The translations under genes were made by a program, and so were the position numbers. The notes beneath the pieces were generated by a model. That model made no database searches, had not been told where the DNA came from, and worked only from the letters and a program-made list of their open reading frames with translations. A DNA stretch of 64,000 bases from Dimorphilus gyrociliatus. Lineage: Eukaryota > Animalia > Annelida. The stretch is taken from positions 1,785,463 to 1,849,462 of the forward strand of contig CAJFCJ010000006.1 of assembly GCA_904063045.1 (NCBI GenBank). Direction: 5' to 3'. This document shows, piece by piece, positions 24,978 through 41,123 of this stretch. The stretch's first letter is position 1; each line of letters starts with the position of its first letter.

Positions 24978-27328
24978 TCACAGATATAAGAAACGTCTAT
25001 GCGAGAGTAATTGCAGATTTCAAATTCCGTCGCGAACATAGTAATTTACCAAGACTTTTCTATAACAGGGAAGTTTCTTTTTTTCCTTATTTCTCTGTTT
25101 TTCTTCTTTTTTTTTATTATTATTGGATTTTACGTTAACTAAAAAACGAAATTTTCCATCATTCTTCACAAAAAGTCAATAGTGGAAAATATTTAAATAA
25201 AAAGGAATAGGATAAGAAAAGTATTGCATGGATGAGTGAAAAAAAAATTGCGATAAACGTCATCTAGCGGTAGATCGAGGCTTATCCATGTTTGCCTTCA
25301 TAGGCCATTCGAAACACCGAGTTCTACAGGTTTGCTTTTATCTATAACTGCGTTTGTCCGTGCTCGTTCTAGCGGGAAATCGGACGGTTTCTTTTTTTTT
25401 TTTTTGGAATGTTTTCTCTTTTATTTGTATGTACTCAGTGTGTATTCGATTCTTTTTTTTATATATATACATCTAATATACTGTATATCTAGACTAGTAA
25501 AAAAAAAAACAACACTTAAAAAAAATAAGAACTTCGTTCTGTTATAAGTAATTTATTAAAACGAAAACAAAATAAAATACGATTAATATTAGTTAATTAA
25601 TAAGTAATTGATAATTAATTATAATTAAATATATTTAAAAACTATAAATAATAAAAAGAAAAACGAACTGATCAAAAAACGGATGCAAATAAAATTATTT
25701 TTTTTTTTTAACTATTTAATCGTTTATTTATTTTATTTATTAGTTTTATAATAATTATAATTTTTTTTTAAAAAAAAAACAAAACTGGCAAAATTTTCTT
25801 TTTCTTTTTAATTTTAACTTAGTAATCGCTTGACGATCCGTGACAAGGACGTATCAAAAGTATTCTGAGCTTGATGGGAAATCTTTCAACGGTCGCATTG
25901 AGTCTATTCTTTTCAGTAAGAGTATAATAAGATATATTAATAATTTACAAAATCTAAAAAAGAAAAGAGACAAATGTTTGTATATATATATATATACATT
26001 TATATAGTTATAATCACAAATTGAAGAGTTAATTCCCTACTTGTTTGCTTTCTCTTAATATTGGCAATTTATTCGTGAATTTTTTTATTATTATGCAATA
26101 TCTATTCATTCTTATATTTAAATTATATCTGATGAGCTTAAGGTATTTTTAAAGTGTTCTATTGCTATTCGTACGTTTTAGAATGATTGTGAGGTGGGCC
26201 GGAAGTTAGTTTATGGGGAAAAAATCAGTTTCAAGAATAGAATATTCCAATTTTTTCTCGCTCTTCCCTCATCTCTCTCTTTTACTCTCTCACTCACTTT
26301 CTCTCCTTCTCTCCTTCTGTCTCTCTCCCTCTCTCTCTCTCTTTTCTCTACACTGAGATGTTTAGAGTAAACAGCCCGTATAGAAGATGTCAAGTCGCAG
26401 TGAATAGGAAATGAGTAATTCTTACGTCTTTCGTATGGAGTTTATCAGAAAAATTTTTATCATAAGAAAAGGAGAAGATGAAGAAAAGGAGAAACGAGAA
26501 GTAACTGTAAATTTCTTTTAGAGATGTTTACTATTTTTTTATAAATGATACTCTAAAAAAAAACGTTAAAAACTAGCTAATTTAACAAGAAATATTCCAG
26601 TTTCTTCTGTTTATTTATCATTTATTTATCCATAGAGCACATGTTGTTTGTTAGAACCTGCTGCGAACCTATCTAAACATAAAACTATAGTTGCCGCCGG
26701 CCATCATATTTATTATCCCGTCAGACCTATCGTAATAAACAAAAACGACCTCAACGGCTTAAAGTATACTCGCTAAAAGTCATTCTTTGTAGAGGCGTTA
26801 CCCTTCCTTTTCAAATTTATATTAAAGAATTTATCATGGGTCCTATCTCTTTTTTATGATACATTCTATGCAAATGCTTAGGAGTTAGGAGATAAGGTAA
26901 AAACTAACATTTATTAAGCAATATAAACAAGCAATATATCACGCTCTTTACTCGTATATACGACTTAAATATAGTTTTTAGTCACTTTCTCAACCATTGT
27001 AGACGCCTTGACGAGGGCAATGTCGGTAATAAAAGACTCGGTCGATGCTTATTTTTCCTATTCTTTATGCCGTACGATTCGTCTCCCCTCTCTATTTATA
27101 CTTGTAAATGTGAACCCATAGCTTTTTATGAAAGAAACAAGGAAATATACATATAAAAGAAATTTTTTTTGTGACTTGTAATAAGTGATTTGGTCTGGTT
27201 ATGAAAATAGTCCAAAAATTTCATTTTGTTCCTTTTTCCTTTCGATTTACCACTATCACCAGGGAATATTTTTTCTCTTCGTTATGTTACTATATACCTA
27301 TATTTTTTTTATATTTTTCTCCTTCTAT

Positions 27329-27331
<3 letters not shown>

Positions 27332-27367
<36 letters not shown>

Positions 27368-27383
27368 CTTTCCATCTCTCTCT
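27332..27383. repeat. (CT)n microsatellite
   Basis: Direct reading of the sequence. Confidence 0.9.
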
Positions 27384-27758
27384 TCTTCGCACCCTTATTT
27401 TTTATTATACAATATAGCTTTTCATAGAGCAGCATCCCTGGAAACTTTTAATAATCTAACTACAAAAAAGTAGTAGGGAGTTTTAATAACGCTTCCGTCT
27501 AATTGTAATTAGACGCGAGACCAAACAGGAAAAGTAAAAATGAAAGGACAAAAAAAAATTACGGGTTTATGTATGTGCTTTTTAAATATACGAGACATAT
27601 ATTTTCATCGTTAAAAATAAGGGGAGAGAGTGATTTATTCATGAAAATATGAATTATTGTCTATTTGCACATTTGATATAGAATGTTCAGTTGGTGCCTT
27701 ATGAATATTGAAGAGTTTTGAAGAGATAATCTTATTTTTTATGGCTTATAGGATACAC

Positions 27759-29799
27759 ATGACGAACGAAACCGACTACGTCATCGTCTACGGAACACAG
27801 AATTTAGTTGAATTTTCGAAACGATACGCCAAATGGCATGGATGGGTCAGCTTGATAATCTGTAGCTTGGGTATAATTGGAAACGTTTTTAACATAATTG
27901 TACTAACTAGAAAGACTATGATAAGCACGACGAATTATCTACTTACCGCATTGGCTGTAAGTGATCTTTTCACGATGCTTAGTTACGTTCCATTCGCCTT
28001 ACATTTCTACATAATCTTCGAACCTATGGTATCCCCAGAAAGAGATACGAAAACTTGGGGTAAATTCCTTGTATTTCACCTCAACTTTACGGTTACTACT
28101 CATACTACTGCAATTTGGTTGGGGGTTGTGCTAAGCGCCTTCCGTTACTCTTTTATAAGAGGTTCCAATCGTTTTAGTTCATGGTGGATCTTTGGTGTTT
28201 ACGTTTGTTCCGTTATTATATTGATACCGATGTATTTATCGGTTAGATTAAAGGAAGAAACTTCAGGAAACAACAATTCAATATATGTTATTGCCGAACC
28301 TCCGCCAGACTCGTCTTATTCATTAATAGTAACACGTCTCAACTTTTGGATACACGCTATTTTAATAAAACTGTTACCTTGTATACTAATGTTGGTTTTC
28401 GGGCTGCTCTTGGTTTGGACTTTAAAAAGAACAGAGACCAAGAGCTTACAATTAAGGTAAGAAGAACTTAAATGGAAAACGTTTAGTGGGGTTTCTTAAC
28501 AGGAAAAGTAGAAACAGGAAAAAAATTATATTTTTACTTCCACATTTATATAGTTTTAGTTTAAACAAAAAGCCTTTTAATAGGGCTTTATTGGGAATAG
28601 GGTTTCGTGACACTTGGATTATGTTCATATATAAAGTCTTATTTATATCATAAATGCAAATAGAATTTAAAGTTTGTGCTATAGTCTGTTTGTATATACT
28701 GCCTGAGGGCAGCATATACTTTTAAGTATATGAAATAGTTTATCGTTTTATTGTTTAATTTACTAAAAAATTATGCCATTTCCCTACAGGCGTCAAAGTC
28801 GAAGTGAAAACTTTAAAGTACGCATGCGTGAGCATGCAAGAACAACCAGAATGTTGGTTGTCGTTATAACGCTCTTCTTAATAACTGAACTACCGCAAGG
28901 ATTTTTAACGTTATGTTCTGGTTCAATGAGAGGCTTTCATCGTGCCGTATATACGCCTTTAGGAGATATTATGGATTTGGTAGCTTTAGTTAATAATGCC
29001 ATTAATTTTACTTGCTATTGCACGATGTCGAAGCAATTTAGGCAGACTTTCCTAAAGCTCTTTTGTCCTCAGTATAGGCAAACTGAAACTGCTACGGTAC
29101 GTTTATATAAAGGGCAACCTGAAGAACACTTTGAGTTTTTTTATTCAATTGAGATAAGAGGCGCATTATTATATTTAGGTCGAAAAAACCATTTAGCTGT
29201 TCTTTATTTTCCTCCTTTCATCATCTTGTTTTATTTCTTATTTTTTTTCCAAAAAGCTTCAACTACTCACTTGTTTCTTTCTACGCATCCCTTTTCTCGC
29301 CTTTATAAAACAAATCCACGAATTCTTATTCTCATTATAAAATGATATAGCAATACGATATTTGTGACTTTTAAACAGTATACTCTGCTGTGAAAAGGAA
29401 TCATATATTCATCTTCACTTTTTTCAATCCTCTTACTCAACAATTCTAATATTAAAGGTTGACTTGGCAATGTATATATATAAGTTTATATATATATGGA
29501 TATAGATATTTATATATAGATATATCTTGACTTAAATAATCCTTTTAAAATAGTAACACTTGATTAATAATATATTCTAATTATAACAGGAGTATAGCGT
29601 TAGTCGTGCTCTTATTAGTAGAACGTTTGAACAAAGCCAAAGACGGAGATCGTCAGCAGTCAGCCACCAAACTCGACTCTCTTCCTTGGCCTCGTTATTC
29701 TGCCTTTCAGTGAATAATAATGAAGAAGATGGTGAAGTAGATCAGGGAGTGACAGAGGGAAACGAAGATGAATTAAAGATTCAAACAGTCGCCGTATAG
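27759..29799 (+). CDS. Rhodopsin-class neuropeptide GPCR, myosuppressin/FMRFamide/sex-peptide receptor (Srw) clade, three coding exons
   Basis: TM1 GIIGNVFNIIVLTR; TM2 LTALAVSDL; TM3 HTTAIWLGVVLSAFRY; TM6 FLITELPQG; TM7 NNAINFTCYCTMSKQFR. Exons about 27759-28457, 28790-29096 and 29590-29799. Confidence 0.9.
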
Positions 29800-30065
29800 G
29801 TTCAGATAACAGACTCTTTATGTGGGCGAAATATACATGCACACATAAAATAACATTGAACCAATCGTATAGTGTGTGTATGGTATAAACAATTTCATTG
29901 TATTTTAATAATGACCGTTTGGATTTCAAGCTGTATCTTACATATCAATAAAAGAGAATGTCCGTTCTTTTGTACACAGTATGTTAGTAGCGCTAGAGCT
30001 ATATAAAGCTTGTTTTTGCATCGGCTGAGACTCTATATCGGCTCGTTAGTTGCAATTCTTAAGAT

Positions 30066-31189
<1,124 letters not shown>

Positions 31190-31751
31190 ATATAACTAAA
31201 GTATTCATGGAACACTTGTAAGTTCAAACAACAACAAAAAAAACAAATAATCTCAAAATTAGACATTTCTAAATAAAAAAAAAACAGAATTACGTAATAT
31301 ACTAAATCAAAATCAAATAATTGTCATATTAGACATTGATGTTCTATTCTTAAATATATATATTATATATATAATAAAATTCTCTATCTATAAACCAATG
31401 TCAGTCGAAGTTCAAGTAGTGGAATATGTAACAATAATCACATGATTTGAGTGGTAAACTACAGCTGTTTAGTTTAAAGGTTAAATAAAAAAAAATAATA
31501 CTTTGATGAAATGCTTTTTAGTAAATAAATCTAGTTAACGTTGATATATAAAATTACAATAAATCGTAACAAAAGAAGGAATTGAGTAAATATTTAATCT
31601 GATCAGACATACTATCTAGTTAAATGAAAAATTGAATAATACACAGTCATTTAAAGTTAAAAGGTAAGGTAATTTTTTTTATGTAAATATTCTGTATTTT
31701 TAAACGTTATAACCTTCCTAGAATTAAAAAAGAAACACTTTTATTGACAGT

Positions 31752-33511
31752 TTACAATTCGTAATGTCTGCCTGGGGAGTCTCTCTTCTTCTCCTTATCG
31801 AATAAGAGATTGGAAACCATCTTCTTTGCTTTAAACTCCCATGTTTCTTCCAGTGTGTGCACTTTAGGGGCTCGCTTGGGTGGTATGTCACCATTCAAAA
31901 TCTTTTTCTCCGCTTGACTAACAATTTGTTTCTTTGGTTTTTGCTGACCTCTAGTATTGACTGGCTGATAAATCAAACTCTCAGCACATCTAAATCCAAT
32001 ATTTTCGCCTCTAAATGTTGGTTTTAACGGTTTCCTGGAGAATAGGTCATTTAATATGCTTATTGTTTTTCGAATATTTTTACTATTGGCTCAGAGTTTA
32101 CTTACCTTGTAGCGCATCTCGCCTCATAATTAAAACGTCCATCACTAGAATCGACAAAAGAGCCACCGCGTATTACAAACTCAATATCGCTTTTGTTACG
32201 AGAGTTGATGTCTTCAACTATATCGCTGTATCGGTATTTTAACGAAAATTTTGTACTAGTCCACTCCCAAACGTTACCGACCATATCGTAAAGGCCAAAG
32301 TCATTTTGTTCAGGAAAGGCATCAACAGGAGATAAACCTTTGTATCCGTCTGCATTTTTATTTTCAATTGGGAAAGCACCCTTAAAAAATCAAATAATGA
32401 AACGCGTATGTAATTAGATTACGATTGTAGAGAAACGTTCTAGAGATTTAAATAGAACAGATAAAACCTACTTGCCAAACGTTCATACGTCTTCTACGAA
32501 AAGTTTCTCCCCATGGATATCTTGCACCTGGCGACAATTGAATTATATCACCATTCTTTTCTTTTTTTTTAACATCCGATTAATTAACAAACCACTAAGT
32601 TTTCCACGTGCTGCATACTCCCATTCATATTCGGTTGGTAAGCGTTTACCCATAGACGTACAATAGGCTTCAGCATCTCTTTTAGTAACATGGACAGCGG
32701 GATAGTTAAGAAATTCAGAGATGTTAGAGGCAGGACCCCAAGGCTGAATACAAGTTTAACAGTTATAGCGAAGTAGGCAATTCGCTTCGAACCGTAGGTT
32801 ATTTACCTTTGACCAATTAGCTCCTTTAACAGGCACCCACCATCTTGCCTGTGGTAAAAGAAAGTCTTCAGCAACCACTGCTGGCTGCACAACATTATAT
32901 AGAAAGACATAGCTGTAGCCTTCTTTTTCTGCAGTTGTTAAATATCTTTCCCTTTTTTCCTTAAACTGCCTAAAACATCGGAAGAGTAGAAGGAAAATAT
33001 ACAAAATGAAAGAATCAATTAAAACGTCCTTGAAAACATAAACCTTTTCCTCAATTTACTCACAAGAAATCTTTAATGGTCACTGGGTATTTGTCGATTC
33101 TGAATGGTTTCACAGAAATTAATCTAGTTGGGAATTCGCCATTTTTAGCTGACCGATCATTAATACCCATCTTAAATTCTCCCCCTTTCATATAGAGACC
33201 TTTATCAATCCGAGAATGAATTTTTACAGCTGTAAAAACAATAATGAAAGGATGATAATCCCAAACTATCTTTTATTTAATAAATGCATTATAAGCAAAC
33301 TATTAGAGCTTTATAAGATAATCATTAATCTAAACTACTTACGTATTTTAGCAGCGAATGAAGATCCTCCTACTTTAAGATTTCTTTTTATTTCCTCCAG
33401 TCTTTCCATCCTTTCTAGTTCCTTTTTGGAATAATGTGGAGAGTCACCCCAACAATAAACATTTTGAATGTTCACACAAACGAAAAACAAAGTAAATATC
33501 TCTCTAAACAT
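31752..33511 (-). CDS. SUMF2: Inactive formylglycine-generating enzyme paralogue
   Basis: Signal peptide; [14 protein letters not shown]; [29 protein letters not shown] has the SUMF2-type SxxDxxDG and lacks the SUMF1 catalytic CxxxxC. C-terminus is HYEL, resembling an ER-retention signal. Confidence 0.88.
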
Positions 33512-33745
33512 ATTTGAATATATCTATTATATTTTAAAAGGAGTCAATAAGAAGAATAACTTATAGAGATAGTTTAGTTTAAATGTAGTCTTTGCCAATA
33601 ATAACGAATAATTGTTGATATATATATATTTAAAGTATATCAGCGTGGACGACTGAATTTTCAATTTGACGCATATGCCGCAACGAACAGTTAAAACTGT
33701 CGCACGTGTTATTGATTGAGTCTACGTATACAAAAAAACGGGTAC

Positions 33746-35102
33746 TTAGTCGATGAACAGGACAGATGATAACGTAATTATTGTAAAGAAATTCTCCTTG
33801 GAAATCTTATAATCAAATTTTAAGTTTGATCCACCTTTGTACCCTAATTCTTCGTTTTGCCCCTCTTCTAACATCCTTTATTGATAAAGTTTTGTCAATT
33901 CATTCCGTAAATTTCCATATGAATTTATACCTTTTTTTCAACTTTAAATCAGTTTTCAACGATGAAAGCCTAAGGCGAAAAAACTCAGCATCTGGATACC
34001 CAAATGATATTTCGTAATGTTTCTCGATTCTTTCAGCGAAGAGATTAGAATAAAATGGATTCCAATTTATCAGCGGGAATCCCTCTATTTGCTTTAATGT
34101 GTTTATCTCAATCGCTGTTACTAACCCAGGATAGGCCGTTATTGTTTCCCTAAGGGTTAATTAAAGATACAAAAAAATAGCTTTAGCTGTCTGAATGATT
34201 CAATTATAGTAAATACCTTTTTCCCTTAACGTAATAGTCAACATTGGCTGAAAAGTCAAGTATTTTGACATGGCTACAAGAATAAATAAAAGCGTCGTTA
34301 TCCGGCAAAACGTGGGGGGAATGAAAAACAAAACATGACCAAGCGCCTAACTTTGATACAACTTCTACTCCACCATTCATTAAAAGTCCAGAATAATCTT
34401 TGTATTTCACTCCGTCACTTTCATCTAACTAGCATAAAGAGAGGATGACATTATCTTCACAGCGCTATGCTTATTATTAATACTTTGTATATCTTTCTTT
34501 ACCTCGACGAAGAATATTTGATAAGTTTGCTGTTGTCTTTGTAAAAAATCATGCATATGTCGTAAGAAATCATTTAATATAGCTTTGTCATCATTAGTAA
34601 TTGGTACAATAAGCGCAAGTGGAAGTAGAGTTGATCGACAATCCGGTTTATAAAATCCTCCCTCTTGTACTTCCGGAAACGATTTCTTCATAATCCTCGC
34701 TTCTAACGAATGATTCCAGATTGGTACCACTGAGCCATCTGCTTTCATCAATACAACAAACAAGAATGGATGCACTGTATAAACGTGAAGAAAAAACTAA
34801 CAAGTACTCTCATCCTGACAAAGGGGACAAGAATCAGAGTATATTTTCTCCACTTTCATTTTGGCAAGTAGTAACCAATTATAGCAAACTAAACTGGGGT
34901 CTTGATAATTAACCGATGCATATATATGCATATTACCATTTCGAAAGAGATGGAGCAACAAAATTTGAATAATAAGATAGAGCAAGTAATAAAGAATAAG
35001 GAATTTTAAGCAAAGAATTACATAACGAAAACTACATTGCAACGTCATCCATAAGAAGGACAAACGGGATCGACGAGTCGTGACTACCGAAACGCCTCCC
35101 AT
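33746..35102 (-). CDS. Beta-1,4-galactosyltransferase (GT7)-like protein with degenerate catalytic motifs
   Basis: GGFYKPDC, LALIVP, FLRHMHDFLQRQQQTYQIFFVE, LLMNGG, CFVFHSPHVLP and GFP are colinear with GT7 enzymes. The last-exon boundary is approximate. Confidence 0.75.
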
Positions 35103-35952
35103 TTCTAAATTAATCTTAAATAATAGAAAAGAAAAAAAATAAATAATTAAGGGGAAAAAAGTTGTTTATAGTAAAATAAAGAAAGTAATAAATCTTATAA
35201 ATTACTATCAACACTTACCAATTGTTTTTATAAAAAAAAGAAAACAACCAGTAGATCATTCGACAAATTACCAATAAAATAAAAGTATATATGTTTTATG
35301 TTTATTTATATTTTTAAAAAAAAAAAGAAACACTCGTAACGTTGCTAAGTTGTTTGAATACGATGGTTGTTAGTTGGAAAAAGCTAGTGTAAGGTATTTT
35401 AATTGTATATGTCATAACATTGAATAATGATGTGGATCTAATAAATTTTCCATTTGTCTTTATTCAATATACTTATGTATATTACTATATGAAGTGTTGT
35501 TCTCCTAAAGATAATGCTTTTAAAATCAATAGAAATGAACAGATTAATTAGAATATATACATATATATATACTGTATAAATAATATAGTTAATAATTATT
35601 AGCTTATACTTATTTGATTCAAACAACAGATTCACCAAGCTCACCTGAAAAATGACAATATTTAAGTACAAAAAGTAAAAGGTTACTGGTAAATAAGCAC
35701 AAAAAAGCAAGAATTACATTTGTTCGCTCTTTTGCCAGCAGACTAGTTTAACTTGAAATTTTTTCTCAGAAAAATCGTATAAAATATAGATCATCTTTTA
35801 AAAAAATATCATTTAAATAAATATATTGTACACTTTTATGTGTTAATATATACATATGTGTACAAATTGTCAATATAAAGACATAACTAATATTAAAGTA
35901 AGCGATTAAAAACAAGCAAAATCAATGGCATGTTTAATTTCGTTGTTCGTTT

Positions 35953-38436
<2,484 letters not shown>

Positions 38437-38451
38437 TTTGATTTATTAAGT

Positions 38452-38461
38452 GTCACGTGAC
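38452..38461. promoter_or_regulatory. Palindromic E-box (CLEAR-type) GTCACGTGAC in the ABI/MLX divergent promoter
   Basis: Exact 10-bp palindrome just upstream of the ABI ATG. Confidence 0.5.
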
Positions 38462-39306
38462 CGTTCTAAGTATTAACTACTGTTAGTAGTACCCAAATCC
38501 GGGCACTTGACTTCGATTGTTGTTCTTGACAAAGTATTTATATAAAACTCTAAAAATATCGCAAATGGAGACGCATTGATATTATATGGTTAGTTACCTT
38601 AATAAATTATCTTTCGATTTGAATTAAAATCATAATGTATCATTTCTTTAAAGTAAATAAAATATTGTTAATTGTTATGTAGAGTAGTATCTAAAACTAG
38701 AACGGGTAGTTTTATACAAGTGTCATTAGAGATTCACAATGTGTAACTTTTCATTAATTGTTGAATAACAATGTTTACAACATCGTGGTAAATAAAAGTG
38801 ACTAGTATTTTCTGTATATATAAGTTTTAACATTAGAAAATCAATGTTTTATTTTCATACTTGTGTGTATAATACATTTTTCAGGATAAATTTTTTTTTA
38901 TGTATTTAAAAATATTAAAATCTGCTTTTAATCGAATATCAATTGTATTTAACTGTTTAGAGAAATTGATGATATAATCTTTCTAGACAAAAAAATTTTC
39001 CTTTTAGTCTTTTTATTGCTGGCTGCCAGAATTTAATGTTTTGAAGGTTATTTAAATAACATTCTTTGTAATGTGTTGTAACGAATACTGTAGTGTCTGT
39101 CTGTTAATACACACATGCTGTATATATTTAGAGATATAGATTGAGATCGTTTCTCATAGTTTGTTAAAATAGAACACTTTAACCTGAACAATCGATAGTA
39201 TATCATAGGAGAGATAGAGGCCTATAAATTCACGTATAGATGATTAATCTTCATTTTACAAGGTTATGACATAACGCTTGTTGAAAGTCTACTTGTCTAT
39301 CTAGAT

Positions 39307-41123
39307 ATGGCGGAGCACAGAACTTCTAATTCTAAACAGCTATCTGATCTGGATTTTCTCTTATCCACGGTAAATAAATGCATATCTCATCTCTAAATAA
39401 TATTACAAATAAGAAAAATGATTACTAATGTGAAAGAAAATGAAATTGGGAACTTTTATACATTAAAATAAATAGCTCTTCATTCTAACATGATAATTGA
39501 TTTTCTAGACAAAATAATAAAGGTTTTAAGCTTCAAAAGTTACGCTTGTTTTGAATGTCTTGATTGCTTTTGTTTTTTTTTTTTACATATAAATTGAGAA
39601 TGTACAATATAACTGTATCTATGTATACTAAATAAAGCTATTTAAATTGAGGAAAAGGTGAAAAACAAACACATTTTCTATATAACTTCTCATTTCAGAC
39701 AATGACTGATACAAGTTACCACGAAGGAGTTATTGATCAAACAGGTACACTCTTCTTTTTACAGATAGATTTAAATATATATATATACAAGAATTATTTT
39801 TTACTTGATTGTTGGTATAAGCAAAAATTCTTTGAATAATCTATAAATATCTTTAACCGAGGGATTAGTTTTATTGATCTATAAGAGTAGAAGAAATGCA
39901 ACAAGTCTGAAAAGAGCTTACTTTCTTCTATTATCTTTATCATTAAAGGTTTCACTTATGGTGTTTAATCATATATTTATTCCATCTTTTTCTTTCTTTT
40001 AGCATTATCTGCGTTGGACAGTGTGCAGATGAATGTAGATCTAAACCCAGCAAATTTATCATCATCAAATAGATGTTATTCAAGAACTAGTTCTACTGGA
40101 AGTGTTCACTTTTCGTGTTCTTCAGCATCGAGCGCTCAAAATTCTGGTATCTAATCTAACCTCTATTCAAATTAAATTTACTTTGACTTTGACTTTTGAT
40201 CTGTGATCTAGTAAAAATAGTAATGTCGAAATATTTAATCACTAGAACGTTTAGTTTAATATTCTGATCAAATGAAAAAGACATTTTCTTATAAATTCTT
40301 CTCCATAAAAAGATGACGAAGACAGTGATGGTCGACCTCAGTCTTTTCGAGATCGGCGAAGAGAAGCTCACACACAAGCTGAGCAAAAAAGAAGAGACGC
40401 AATTAAGAAAGGATATGATGATTTAGCAAGTCTGGTACCGAAGTGTCAAAGTGCTGATCCTGTAGGGGGACAAAAATTAAGTAAAGCTGCAATTCTTCAG
40501 AGGTGTAAGTTATCAAAATTAAATTATAATTGAATGTTGAAATAATACGTGACAAAAATATGTCTAAACAGCAATCGAGTATATAACGTATTTGCAAAAG
40601 GAGAAGTCAAAACAAACAGATGACTTAGAAAGTTTGAAAAAGGAGGTTGTAGCTTTAAAAATAATGAAAGCGTAAGCTATCTGATTAAATAATTTATTCT
40701 ATGGGAAGGTCTGAAATTAACTGAAAATCTTGTTTCTTGTTTTAGCAATTACGAGCATATAGTAAAATCTTACAAAAATACCCCCGAAGCTGGTCAGAAT
40801 CAAGTATCAGATGAAGTTAAATTTCAAGTGGTTAGTAAAATCATAGTTTATATGAAATATTATAAAATTTAGGCTTAAATTAATTAAGATGTATAGTTAA
40901 ATTAAAAATTGAAAAAAAAAAAGCATTGTGTTCTTAACCTGGAAAATAGTTTCAGGAAATTATGGACAACCTGTTTACGAGTTTCAATGCATCAATATCC
41001 GTAGCAAATTTTGCTGAATTATCCGCTTGCGTCTTCACATGGCTTGAAGAGCACTGTAAACCACAGCTATTGAGAGAATTAACCTTGAAAATTTTGCAAC
41101 GATTTAATGCAAATTTCGGATAA
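39307..41123 (+). CDS. MLX: Max-like protein X (bHLH-Zip plus DCD)
   Basis: RRREAHTQAEQKRRDAIKKGYDDL...QKLSKAAILQ; zipper; DCD FQEIMDNLFTSFN...FAELSACVFTWLEEHCKPQLLRE. Confidence 0.94.

Noticed and set aside
25276-25289. CGAGGCTTATCCAT matches 14 nt of U1 snRNA stem II
   Set aside because: No ATACTTACCTG 5' end, U1-70K loop (GATCACGAAG), TTGCACT loop or Sm site at the expected spacing; treated as a chance match.
24382-27473. SLSLSL/RERERE-rich ORFs
   Set aside because: Translations of (GA/CT)n microsatellites.
29097-29345. GPCR C-terminus as given by the ORF track (VRLYKGQ...)
   Set aside because: A strong donor at 29097 and an in-phase exon at 29590 indicate this is intron sequence.
31752-33511. 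Calling the FGE-family gene SUMF1
   Set aside because: The catalytic CxxxxC of SUMF1 is absent; the motif is SUMF2-type.
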